Shown: one piece after another, positions 37,819 through 50,406 of the stretch
Numbering within the stretch: the stretch's first letter is position 1
Layout: every line of letters begins with the position of its first letter
From: Bilabrum cf. latius
Lineage: Eukaryota
Direction of reading: 5' to 3'
Assembly (NCBI GenBank): GCA_965178125.1
Contig: OZ237742.1
Span: 372,001-436,000, forward strand
Length of the DNA stretch: 64,000 nucleotides
The notes under the pieces: generated by a model
What the model saw: the letters and a program-made list of their open reading frames with translations, nothing else
Databases searched by the model: none
What the model was told of the DNA's origin: nothing
Position numbers and translations under genes: made by a program

Positions 37819-38926
37819 ATGCTTGCTTTGTTCTTCATAATTGTTTGCTTTACAGTTTCGATAGCATCGCATTCTTCTCCGGGTCCATTCGATTTCGATG
37901 CCTGGGCTCTCCGTTGGGGCAAGCAATACGCAAGTGTTGAGGAGCGTGCGCACCGCTCGACGGTTTTCCAGACGAACGCTGCAGAGATCGACATGCACAA
38001 TGCAAAGAACCTTTCTTGGCGCATGGTATATAACGACTTTACAGATCTGACGGAAGCTGAATTCCGTGCGCGCTTCACGGGATTTAGGCGCGTGGCGCGA
38101 GCTGCAAGTAATTCCACCGATGGACTCGCGCCATCTAGGCCTGATTTCAAGTTGCCTTCGTCTGTTGATTGGTGTGCGAAAGATGAGAAGCAAAAATAGT
38201 TTTATGGATCTCCCGTGCAGTCCTCACTGCATGCATCCCATGGCACTCTAACGCTCCAAGCGAGTCAAGAACCAGAGGTCGTGCGGGTCCTGCTGGGCCT
38301 TTAGCACCACTGGTGCTTTGGAGGGACTCGAGTTCATCAAGACAGGAAAGCTGCCCAGCCTTAGCGAGGAGCAGCTAGTGAGCTGCGACAAGACGTCCGG
38401 TGGGTGTAAGGGCGGCATGCCGAGCAACGCCATGGAGTACGTCTCTGGCAGGGGCTCTGCAGGGATCACGGATGAGCAGCACTACCCCTACGAGCACTAT
38501 GGAAGCACGTGCAAATGTGGCAACTCCACAGCTCACGGCCAGGACCCCAAGTGCCCCATGGCAGCCACCATCACGGGACACCAGTCGCTGCAGGCGATCG
38601 GCAACGAGCAGGTGCTCCTGGCTGCCATCGCGAAGCAGCCCGTGTCCGTGGTAGTCAACGGGGGCAGCAAGGCGTTCCGGTCGTACCACGACGGCGTGCT
38701 GCAGTCCACCGACTGCGGGATCACGGCCGACCACGCAGTGCTGGCCGTGGGGTACGGGTCCATGGTGCCGCCACACGGGAACGAGTCCGTGCCTTACATA
38801 AAGATCAAGAACTCGTGGGGAGCCAACTGGGGCGACCACGGGTACATTTATCTGGGCAGCGGCCCGCAGTACCAGCCTATGGGCCAGTGCGGTGTGCAGC
38901 AGATCCCCGTGGTGCCGATCAAGTGA
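37819..38926 (+). CDS. Papain-family (C1A, cathepsin L-like) cysteine protease; junction near 38180-38260 unresolved, possibly a pseudogene
   Basis: Signal peptide, I29 prodomain (EERAHRSTVFQTN, NDFTDLTEAEF), LPSSVDW. Then, in another frame, VKNQRSCGSCWAFS, LSEEQLVSC, DHAVLAVGYG, KNSWG; ends TGA. Confidence 0.8.
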
Positions 38927-38970
38927 GCTGTGGAGCAGCCCATCGGTCGTACCATTCCCGGGGCCTAGAG

Positions 38971-39178
38971 GCAAGGAGTGCTCTCTCCCCAGCGGGGCAA
39001 CGAGTGCTCTCTCCCCAGCGGGGCAACGAGTGCTCTCTCCCCAGCGGGGCAACGAGTGCTCTTTCCCCAGCGGGGCAACGAGTGCTCTCTCCCCAGCGGG
39101 GCAACGAGTGCTCTCTCCCCAGCGGGGCAAGGAGTGCTCTCTCCCCAGCGGGGCAACGAGTGCTCTCTCCCCAGCGGG
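38971..39178. repeat. 26-bp minisatellite, 8 copies (GCAACGAGTGCTCTCTCCCCAGCGGG)
   Basis: Head-to-tail near-identical units without spacers, between two convergent gene ends. Confidence 0.95.
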
Positions 39179-39357
39179 AGCACGTCTGAGCGATGTGGAG
39201 GAGACTTTGCGGTTTAGAAGGGGCGGGAGGGGTGATTTGGAGTATACATCGTCGAAACATGCACGACAGTGATTGCTCGCGTGTTAACACATGCATGTAT
39301 AGCAGTTCAAGCAGCGACAGCAATCGCATCGCAGCACGGGCTCCGTTCGATCTCCAT

Positions 39358-42300
39358 TCAGATCGCACCCGCACTGGCCGCGGCATACGTGGCAAAGTGC
39401 CGTCTGCCCACCGCCCCAGCTCCCCCCTGCCCGGGTCGGCCAGCCTGCTGCGCCTTCTTGGCACCCAGATCCTCCGCATTCCTCAGCGGATTGCTCGCCA
39501 TGATGCTACCGGCGCCGCCGCCCCCGTACATGCCAGCGAACATGCTCTGCGCGCCACCACCGGAGGCTCCGCCAGAACCGGCTCTCTGGTTCGCGATCTT
39601 GTCCCACTTGCCCGCGCTGCTCTTCTTGCGGTACACGAGCATGTAGTACGCACCGCCTGCCACGAGCCCCACCGCCACGAGAGACCCGATGACGGCTCCC
39701 GCCACTGCGCCGCCGTTGGCGCCGCCGCCGCCGCCGTCCCCGTCCACCCCCACGTCGTCGTCCTCGCCACCGGGGCTCCCAACGCTGGCCGTGGTGCTCT
39801 CCTCCTCCAGCTCCTCGCCCTCCAGCTGCACCGCCCCCGAGTCCACCTCCACTCGGCTCCCCAGCGCGGGCACGGCAGCCACGAGGTCGTCCTGCAGCCC
39901 GTTCCCTCCAGCGGCAGGAGAGCCCTGCACGTACCCGATCGCTCGGGCCTGGGCCTCCCCCGCGCTCGTGCCGACAGCGAACCTGATCTCGGCGTCCACC
40001 TCAATGCCGACAGCGCCTGAATTCGAATCGTCGAGATGCCGGCCGGTCACGCGGCGCAGGCGCCGGCCCTGGCTTGCTGCATCCGCCACAGCCCGCACCC
40101 CCGTGATCGTCACTGCCTCCGCACCCGTCACACTGCGAAGGCTCTCGGTGAACGGCTCGAGCATGACTGCAAGGAACTGCGCCTTGCTGACCCCGGTGAT
40201 CTTGATCCCGGTCAGAGCCACGTACACGCCGGCAGGCCTGGACGCCGCTGCGCACGTGAGGGTCTCCTCCGCACAGACTAGGCCGGTTGCGCAGCTGGCT
40301 TCGGAGGTGCAGGCCAGCCCGGCCTCGCACCCGCTGCACTCGGCCGTCCCGCAGTCGATATCCGTTTCGTCCCCGCCCTGGATCCCGTCGCTGCAGACGG
40401 GCAGGGTGGGGGCCCCACCCGAGCCCGCGAGCTGGCACACGCCTGCTCCGTTGGCGACGAAACCGGGGTCGCAAACGCACTCAAACTCTCCCATCGTCTC
40501 TTCGCTGCCGATGCACAGCCCCCTTCCGCACGGTGACGCGGCGCATGCGCCCACCTGCCGCACCAGCTCGCACGTGTCGCCGTAGAATCGGAGAGGGTCG
40601 GCGCACCCGCACACGAAGCCGTCCTGCTGCGACACGCACTGTCCGCCATTCTTGCACGGATTAGGGCTGCACGGACCGCCGGTCGGCTCTGGTAGCATCG
40701 ATGGAATGGGAGACGTAGTGGCTGGCGCCGCCGAGACCTGGGGCGAAGGAGTAGCCGCTGCCGGTGAAGGGGTAGCCGCTGTCGGTGTAGGGGCTGGGGT
40801 CGAGGTTGGAGATGCGGATCCCGAGGTGGGTGACGAGCTGGGCGTGGGGCTTCCGGACGGTGACGAGCTGGGCGTGGGGCTTCCGGACGGTGACGAGCTG
40901 GACGTGGGGCTCGTAGTTGGAGTGGCCGCTGGGGTCGAGGTGGTAGAGGGCGACGCTCCGGGAGACAGGGACGCTGTCGGGCTGGCCGAGGTGGTCGAGT
41001 TTGCCGAGGCAGACGGCGAGACCGATGGAGAGGTGGACGTAGACGGCGACGGTTCTGGCGAGCTGGAGGTTGACGGAGATGGCGTGGTGGACGGGCTAGT
41101 CGACGGCGTGGGAGAGGGGGATGGCACGGGAGCAACCCAGTTGGGGTATCCCGGCTCCACGCACGGCGGCTCCCCTTGGCCGCCACAGCCCCTCTCCAGT
41201 CGAGCCCAGGCGGAGCCAGCCCGTGGCAGCCCGGCGGAGAACCAGTCGAGGCAGCTGTGTCTCACAGCATGCGCGGACAGCTGCAGCTGGGGTGACTGCC
41301 AATACAGGTCGAGCTGCTGCTAGCTCCTCGATGCGTCCAGTCGGGGCTGCAGCCCGAGGCAGCCATACATGCTGGCCGGCTGGAGATGGGTCTGCCCGCT
41401 CGATCCAATTTCGGCGCGCACCAGCGCCACGGATCCATTCCGATCCTGCGTCTGCAGCGATGAAACCACGGCGACTTCGGTCCGGGGCCGAGCTGCATCC
41501 AGCTGCAGGCGAGAGCTCTGCACCGCGGCATTCATCCAAGCGGGCGCTTTCCCGTGGGACTGGTCGTATTGGAACGCGCCAGTGAATCCGGTCAGCACTG
41601 GCAGGCTGGCCTCTGCCCACTCGGGCGTGGATTGGAGGCACCCCGTGCTTGCAGCATCGCGGTACGTCAACGCGGCAGCAACAGCTGTGTGGGCTCTGTC
41701 CCAGCCAGCCAGTCGCTCGCATGAGCGGCGCAGCCACGCTCGGCTGGCGTTGTGCGGCGCAGCAGCAGCTCTGGCAGCGGTGGGCACGCGGAGGTGGATG
41801 GACACGGGCCCCGTGGCGGGACCCGGCTCGTGCACGCCCCGGTCCATGACCATGCACTCCACACGGGCTTGCGAGTCCATGGACTGGTCGGACCCGGCGT
41901 AGGATTGATCCAGGCTGCCTCCGGCTGCATCCTGCACCAGAAGCAGGGCGGAGCCGCTGGCTGCATGCACAGCCGATTCGAGCACGTTGTACGTCACCGG
42001 GAGCTGGGACACTGCCCTTGCGAACTGCATCTGCAAGCGGTCGAGCTGAAGGCACGTGGTACTCGCACGTCCAAACCTCGCCGCGGCAGGATGGTGGTGC
42101 GCAGTGCGCTCCACGTGGAAGGTGCCCTCGAGCGCCCTGCCGCTGGATAGACCCGCACCCCATGCCTCATGCACCGGCAGCCCGCAGGCCGAGTGGCCCG
42201 CCGTCGGGCCGTGATCGCTGCCGTTGTGCATGTGATGGATCCGGTATGTAGCGTCGGGCCGCGGCATGGATCCCTGCCCTGAAAGCTTGTCCCACAGCAA

Positions 42301-45300
42301 ATCGCACGCAGACCTGGCGGCCAGCACGTGACGGGCGCCCGCAGGAACACCGTCAAGGCCATGAACTTCCATCGAGTCAGGCATCGTGCCGTCGCTCGCG
42401 TGGTTCACCGCCACGCATGACCAGGGGCTGGGACCAAGACCAAGCGGCTCATCTGTTCCCTCGCGGCCACTGGTTTCCCTGTGCAGCAGCAACATGGTTC
42501 GCGTGGACCCAGTGGCTGTCGCTGCCGCTGCCACGGCGGCCTTAGCTTCGTCGATTGAGACTGTGTCTCGCGTGATGCATGCTGCAGTCGGTGCTCCGGA
42601 CGTCGCGTTGGCTTGCACGCTGTACGAGCCCAGCAAGCTGTCTGTGACCGCTTTCCACTCCAGGCTGGAAGTGTGGGCCGCTGCAGAGTGGCTGCTGCAC
42701 GCTTCCACCGACGTGTTCGCCAGCGTGGCCCGCATCATGTCGGGCTGCATCTGCCACAGATTGGGGCTGCCAGCCAGCGCGCTGCACTCGCGAACTGCGC
42801 CCTCAAGCGCGTCAACCTCGGGCATCCGCGTGACTGCAACGCGCACTGCGCTTCCTGTCACTGGGAGGATCGCCAGGCACCCGAACGGGCGGTCTTGCTC
42901 TTGCACGGCCTAGACAACCGCAAGGTGCGCCCCGTGCACACGGGTGGAATAGGCAGTAGCAAGGATCGTCATGTTGGTGGATCCGGTGCTGGCGAGCTGC
43001 ACAGCCACCCACGCTTGACCTGCACTCTACATCCGCGCCGAGCCTGGCTCGATGCACACCCCGCCCACCCCAGAGGCCGTACCAACATCGTACTGCCCCT
43101 GCATTCCCTTGATCCACCCATGGCTGGAAACGTGCTCCCAATCGCCTCCGAACGGGTCCGAGGAACAGTCCGTGCGGATGAGGTGCTTCATGGCGGCGAC
43201 CTTGTGCTGCTCGGTGACCTGCTGGGCCATAGCTGCAGTGCATCGAGCCCGAGCCGAGGCAACCGAATCAAACGAGGCCTCTCCCGAGCTTGACTGGATG
43301 CCGTACGCCACGGTTGTCCCGTTGCTTGCACCTGAGAACAGCATGGCCCAGCACTGGATGCTGTCGTCGGGGTGGTGCACCACGGCCAGTCGCACGGCCG
43401 GGTGAGCCGTGCGTGCTGCCCACAGAACAGCAATGTTTGCGGCGGCAGATCTGTTTGCTTCAGTGTCATGCAGCGCTACGGGAAGGTGGATAGCGCTGCT
43501 ATCCACACATGCCGAGCTGGGGTCACTTGCACCACCCGCGCCTGCAGACATGCTCAACCGCGTCAGGCCTCTTGCCCACTCTGGGAATGCGCTCGACGTT
43601 GCGTTCACAAGCCCACCTGAGGTGCAAGTGGACGCGTTGCCCGCTCTGTGCAGCGTGATTGGTTGCGTGTCGGACAGAGCAAAGTACTGGCTGCTCTCGC
43701 CGTCGAGGTGGTCGCTGCACTTGGTCCGGGCCGCGGCTGCCGTGCCTTCGGCCACGTCGTCGAACTCGAACAGCAGCACCTTGTCGGGACCCCGAGCCAG
43801 CGCGATGCACCTGAAGACCGATGAGGCCACCTCTAAGCTGCCAGTTGGTCGCGCATCATGACGCAGGATAAGCCCAACGTGGTCTCGCTGGCCCGTAGCA
43901 ATCGTGGCAGAGACATCTGCACCGATGGGCTCGGCGCCCACATCCAGCGACACGTACCCTTCGCCGGCGACGCATGCCCTGCTGCCTACCACAGAGTGCG
44001 TTGCGTCTCCAGCATCGTGGCTTGGGTGCATCACGGTGTAGTCTCCAGCCATTGCCTCGAGCAGCGCCAAGTCGGGATCTGTTGGCTGACGGGTGACGGT
44101 AGTTCGAACGCAGTTCCCGGGCACGGTTCTGCGGTACGGCATTGACTGGAACCCAGACGGCAAGCCAGCCTTCATGATTCGTTCGCAGTCGCTCTGAGCC
44201 ACTGCTAGCCCAAGGGTTCCTCGGATGCTCGGGAACTGCAACATCCCGGTGGAGCTGTCGGTCTCGGAGCCCGCGCGCATTGCAATGCAGCCAAAAGCGC
44301 TGCTTCCTTCTCTCTGCTCGATGAGCACAGCCGTGGTGGTGCCAGGAAGCATCGCACTCGACACAATCTCTCCGTTCTCGTACCCGCTTCCTTGCATCCA
44401 TTGCGTTGCATTCTGCTGCAAGCATAGTCCCCAGACACCCGTCTGCGACTGGTCGTTTTCCCCTTCGTAGGCGTAGCTGGCGGCAAATTCGCTGCCGAGC
44501 CCGGTCAATGCGTGGCCCCACGAAGCGTCTCCCACGCGCGGGCACACGCTTGTGCCAGGCACTCCTTCGGTCTGATTCATTTGCACCACCATCGATGTGA
44601 CGAGCGAGGTGCTGCCGTTGCCGAACCGCATCCACTCGGCGCACTCAGAGAGTGCCACGAGGGACTGCTCTACGCCGCGGGGCACGCCGCTGAGCGCCGC
44701 GACAGAGACGTTCATGGTGCCGGTCAGCGGCCGGGCGTCTCCATCGACGTGCAGGCAGGCCCAGCCGGCCGAGCCCAGGCTGCCGTCACCATCGTCTTCC
44801 ACTAGCACAGCCGCAACTCGCTCCGGATTGCTCGGATTGGGCCAGGCAGTTCCGGTGATGGTACCCACCGCTTGGTCTCCGGCTGCGCCGAGCACGACCG
44901 TGTCCCTGTACTTGCATAATCCGTAGGTTCCAGCCTCGTGTGCAGCCCGCACCCACCCTCCCTCCATGATGGAGCTGTCCAGGGTCGTGGTGAGGCCGGC
45001 CAGGGCAGCCAATGCCTCTGGTTCGGGCGCAGGGCATTCGATGCTGCTGCCGGCCGCAGGCTCTACGAGCACGTTGACGTCTTCCAGTTGATCCCAATTT
45101 GAGGCAGACAGCAGCGTCTCGGCCTCTTGCACTGCGTTGTCTAGTGTGGTCTGCGTGCCAGCCTGCTTCCGCCAACGAACGACTGCAGCGCCTTCATCTT
45201 TAGGAATAGACCGCTCCATCACGTGGATCGTGTACTCTCCGGAGGATCCAGCCGTGTCCGTTGTAATCACAACGGTGGCATTCTTGTCGCCAACGTATTT

Positions 45301-48300
45301 TCCATTGGCTTGCACGCTGAACGACTCGAGCGAGAGCGAGTGCCGCTCCAGCACGGCTCTGCCCTGCGGCCCAATGCAGACGGCTCTGTCAATCTGCTGC
45401 TGCGATCGACCGTCCTGGTTCGTGAACACTACATGCTGCATGCCATCGACTCCGTCCGACCACTCGATCCCGGTGCTGCAGCTCTGCACGGCCTTCAGGC
45501 TGGCATACTTGGACATGCTGGAAGGCCCGTATAGGTTGCTGGCGCAGTCGTCCGCCGCCTGCTGCATGGTTGATCTGTTTGATCCCAGTGCTGAAATAGT
45601 CATTGGAGCACTATCGTTCTGTTGCAGCTGAAATGCGACGCAGGCGAACTTGCCGGATCCTGCCGTTCCCCACGGCAGCTCGATAGCGGCCACCACTGCA
45701 TTCGGGTCGACGGTGGTGGAAATCACTCCGTATTGGGATGGAATCCGAACGCTGGGTAGCCTAGCGCTAAATACAACGTGGCTCTCGCTGCGTGTGTCGA
45801 CGCATGTGTAAACGCTGTCGATCTCGCTCCCTGGCAGTGCCGTGAAGGCACCTCGAAATTTAGCAGGGAGAGTGCCGTTCTCGCGAGGCATCCACGAGCT
45901 GGCAGGGCCGCACGAAGCATCCTACACGCGAGAAAACGCTGCAGTTGGCATGGTGGTACCCTCTGCCAGGAATGGAGCGGCACCGCCGCAGGCACTCTCG
46001 GCAGCTGCCATCTCACCGAACGTTTGCAGGCCCTCCATAGCATTGGAGTTCACGATGGCGTCCATCCCGCCAGTGTCAGAGTTGTTTCTCAAGAACACAC
46101 ATGCGTACTACTGCACTCGACTGTACCCATTTGACTCGAGCTCATTCGTTGCATACACCGCAGCGACAGTATGGCTCACTTCCCCGCTCGGCAGCGATGG
46201 CAGTTGTGCCCACTTCTGTAGCTTCCACCCGATTGGTGCACGGTTATAGTCTAGGGAAAGATACGCAGCCTCCACGCAGGCGCTCTCTGTACTTTTCAGA
46301 GGGCTCTTGGAGCTTTGAGTGTGGTACAGCGCGTTAGCGATTGGGAGCGTGCTTGTGTTCGTCGACCATGTCATGTTGTGCTCTCTAGCGCAAGGCAGGC
46401 CTGCCCCTGCTGCGGTGCTTGCCATGAACGAACCGCGCGAATGAAAGTGTGAAGATTCGGGGCCCTGCATCATTGCAGCTGCGCACCGGAATTGAGCGCT
46501 TGCCGCCGAAGAACGTGTCCCTGACACTCGGAGCAGCCGGCCCCTAGTGCTTGACATGTCATCAAACTCGAACACGGTGCAAGTCGAATGCCCGCCCTGG
46601 AACGATACGCTGTCATGGATCACACCCACAGCTCGTCGATCGTTGGTGCGAAGTTCTGCGCTTGAGATCACGAATTCGTTGTACAGGCCATCGGACCGCA
46701 GCCTCTAGAGGACCTGGCCGTCAATGCAGAACCGATCGTCCAGTGACTCGCCGCCCTAGCTGCCCGCCGATACCTGCAGTGAGCCGTTCACCGACCCCGT
46801 CCTCGTGCTGTTGCTAGCCCAATGCACGGAATGAGAGGAAATGCCGCAGGTCCAGTCGCTGTCTTGCATATCCTGCTCGGTCTGCACCACTGACAGGGGA
46901 GGTGGACCAGACGCCTCCCCGACCACCAGTGCCTCGCAGTGCGCTTTTGCGGCCCGTCCGTACGCCATCTCAGGAGGCATTAAAATTGACCAGGTCTTGA
47001 GAGAGTAGTCGCCCACGGTTGCTGATTGCCGATCAAAGTATATGCACGCCCAGCTTGTGTTGCCGAAATCGCTGTGATTCGATTCGACGCTGTGGTTCGC
47101 TTGGTGCACGAGAGCGACCGTGCTTTCGCCGGAGTCGTCCGAGAAAGAAACAGATGCAACGACTGTTCCTAGGCTCATAGAGTTGTTCGATGCCACTAAG
47201 ATTGCCCTGCCGGCCACGCACATTGTTTTGCTCGCAGAACCATCTTCGAAGGCAAGTTGCATAGCGCTGGGCCACCCGGCGTCCCACTGCTGCTCGACCA
47301 GATCGCCGCTTGGCACCGGCTCTGACACAACGGAGCAGGCTGCGGTTGCATTGCCAGTTGCACCTGCATGAGTAGCCATGTCGTAGCGCAGCTGAAACTT
47401 GACGGGGGCGCGGTCCAAGTGCCCGTTCTTGATCGCGTCGGAGCACTTGCCCGCCTGGAAGTCGATCCCAGCAGTGCTGCCTGCGACCAGCTCCACCACG
47501 TCCACATGCATCGGCTCGCTCGTGTCATGGTGAGAGCTGCCACCTCTCCGGAGTGCATAGCAGGCGATGGCGCTGTCTTCCAGACTGTGGGCCAGGAATG
47601 CGGTTGCGTTGCCGTGTATCTGCACCGTGGCGTGCACGAGGAGGCTGGTCTGGTTCACGGTTGGCTAGCCCATTTCGATGCGACCTGGCGCTTTTCCCTC
47701 AGCTTCAATACACGCGTACCCAAAGGACCGCAAAGATGCGACGCCTTCGTACTGTTCGAGTCCGTGCGAGCCCATTTGCCATGGCAGCGACCGCGCCCCT
47801 TGGATCAGCTCTGCAGGATCGCATGCACTCGCAGTCGAGTCCGCTTCAAGCCGCGCAATCACGGTTATGTTGCTAGAATTTGGGTCGCGCGCGTGATCGA
47901 TACAGGTTTCAACCGCATCTTGGAACGAATTTGTCTGGTTGACCTTGAACCGGCGGATCTCGCGCAAGACTGCAACGACCTGATTGCTTCGCTCCAGTTC
48001 CACGCAGGCATACGCCTCCTCACCCTCGGATGGCATGCGCTTCCCGTGGTCTGCGCTGTCACTTGAGTGCGATTTTGTAACTTGTGCTACCGCCACAACT
48101 GCACCAAATGCATCCCATGCGCTTGAGCTCCTCCTAGCCGTGGCGTTGTGTACGTAGTACGAGGTCTGCTCGAACACGGTGGCAACGGCGACAGTACGGT
48201 TGCGAACGCATGCTTGAGCACCCTTATCCGACGAAGAGCCTACATATCCTCCAATGAATGCCTTGAGGGCATTCTACGCTGTTTCGGTGGCCATGCAAGG

Positions 48301-48774
48301 TCCGGTGTGACCACCGCTGCCTGGGCTCCCTGCAGCTGCCGAACGAAAGAGGGTGAAGCGCATTTTGGGATCGGCTCCCAAGTCTTGCCCGCACATCAAA
48401 AGCGCTGATGTAACGTTATGTTGATCAAGTGGCGCAGCCACTTGGATTTCGAGTGATCCAGACCCTGCTGCGGTGATGTGGACGCAGCGGAGCTACGTTT
48501 TGCTGCTGAAAGCCTCCGTCTCGGACGCCACAATTGCCGCTCCTTGCACCTATTTCATTGCAGTAGACGCCTCGATCGCATAGTGGATGCCTTCAAAAGG
48601 CAGCTGCACATTGATCATTGCCGCATCAATGCATGCTCTTGTCGAGCCGCCCTCTTCTAGAGCATAACCGCCGTACAATGCATTGATCCCGTCTCCAACT
48701 ATGGACCAAGATAAAGCAGGATGTGCTAAGCACAGAATCCCAGCGACGTAGCACAGGTTTGACGTAAGCCTCAT
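39358..48774 (-). CDS. Giant type I membrane protein (~3138 aa): signal peptide, ~16 Cys-patterned modules, Ser/Pro/Thr stalk, EGF-like domains, TM, short tail
   Basis: Seven same-frame ORFs join across 11 TAGs (48550, 48493, 48274, 47665, 46756, 46705, 46108, 45922, 43027, 42910, 41320) with no TAA/TGA. Signal MRLTSNLCYVAGILCLAHPALS, EGF CSPNPCKNGGQC, TM AVAGAVIGSLVAVGLVAGGAYYMLVY-RKK; ends TGA. Confidence 0.88.
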
Positions 48775-49466
48775 CTAGATTGCTTCGGGGAGTCGAAGTG
48801 TGCTCGCTGCTCCTCAGATGTCACGCGCCGTAATTTCACCCTCAAGAAGTTTCTAGAAACCCCGTCAAGCGATTGAATGTAAGCAAAAATATGCAAGTGC
48901 CACAAGTGGGGTTCGATTGGCTCAATTTTGTGCCGCGAATACACAAGAACACTGCGGCACCCAAAAAATCTGAGTTCCGAGTTGAGCAAATAAAATCATT
49001 CGCAACAATTCAATCCCGCTCACGTCGAAAAGTTGTGCAAAGGTCTGATTTCTTTCGGAGTTGAAGAATAGTGTGCGCTAGTCTTGTAATTTTTGTACAG
49101 GTCGCTGCAGTGCTGAGTTCAAGCATGGGCAAATGCACGTGACGGGCTTTTAGGGACGCAGTGCTTGCGCGAATCGTCAAGTTGTGCGGCGTATCGGAGG
49201 TGAAGGAGCAGAGTCGAACACGAGGAGAAGGTTGGTGAGATGGATACGAAGGAGGAAATGGGAGGCACGACAAGTCAGACGAGGCGCTACAGCCGCTGGC
49301 GACTGCCTGTTGAGTGCAGTGCCAAGAAAGCAAGGGGGTATTCGTCACAGCTGCCATGACCCGAAGGGACGGTGGGGAGGATGCCGTGGGCTCACTCACT
49401 CGCCAGCAGCGACCCAGAACCAGGCCCCCATCCAGAAGCCGCTCACCAATGTCGGAGCTTGGCGGG

Positions 49467-49592
49467 GTGGCAGGTGGCAGGTGGCAGGTGGCAGGTGGCA
49501 GGTGGCAGGTGGCAGGTGGCAGGTGGCAGGTGGCAGGTGGCAGGTGGCAGGTGGCAGGTGGCAGGTGGCAGGTGGCAGGTGGCAGGTGGCAG
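49467..49592. repeat. Perfect (GTGGCAG)18 heptamer microsatellite, intergenic
   Basis: 126 bp of uninterrupted 7-mer. Confidence 0.95.
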
Positions 49593-50406
49593 GAGGCGGG
49601 GGCGGAGACATACACAGACAGCGGCCCCACAGGCGGCCCCACACAGCCATTTCCGATGCCAAAAGTGCAGCCCAAGGGTAGGCCCCTGTACTATCGAGCT
49701 TTTCAGTAGGATCCACAACAATCGAATCCACGCAAATGCCATGCGGGCCGATAAGCACCGGGGACTTATACACTCACCCTCGGTCGCGGCGACAGCAGCC
49801 AGGAACGGGTGAGTCAAGCGCGCGCTCTCCAGGTCCCAGCCACACCGAGCACCCTACACCCCGCAATGCTGCCGTATTCCACCGCTGCAGGCGCGGGGGA
49901 ACCCAGTCCATCCGCGGCCTCCACCGCCACCCGAACAGCTTGGCGAGTACACTGCAGCGCGCCGCAAGCCATTCGTGTGATCAGCGCTCTTGACTATTGC
50001 AGCACAACACTACATTTAGTTAGATGCGTTGGAATCCTCCGCGGATCGTTTCCATTCACCCTTAGCCTTGGGGCTGCTGCTCGTGCGACCACTGTCAGAG
50101 TGTGCCACCGTGTGACAGTGTGCCACAGCGCTTCGGTGCGACCCTGCCAGTGGTTCCATCAACCCAGCCAGCCTGCCATCGCAGGCTAAGTGATAGCTAA
50201 GGAATCTACTTGCATATCTCTCTCCATTTCAATAACATGGGCATACAATAATGCCTCAAGAGAGACCCGGTTTTTCCGTGGCAGTCAAGAAGACAATAAT
50301 TGCATGTTCAACAGGGTTTTGTCGATCCTCAATTGTCAACGACGCCGCCAGCATCGAGGCATTTTGCGGTCAGGAGGTCATCTGTGTGACCCTCCGGGCG
50401 AATACA

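Noticed and set aside
38971-39178. CRISPR-like palindromic repeat
   Set aside because: Repeat length is CRISPR-like but there are no spacers, so it is a minisatellite.
49010-49817. ORFs with CHLPPAT/GGRWQVA repeats
   Set aside because: These are translations of the heptamer microsatellite, with no other coding signal.
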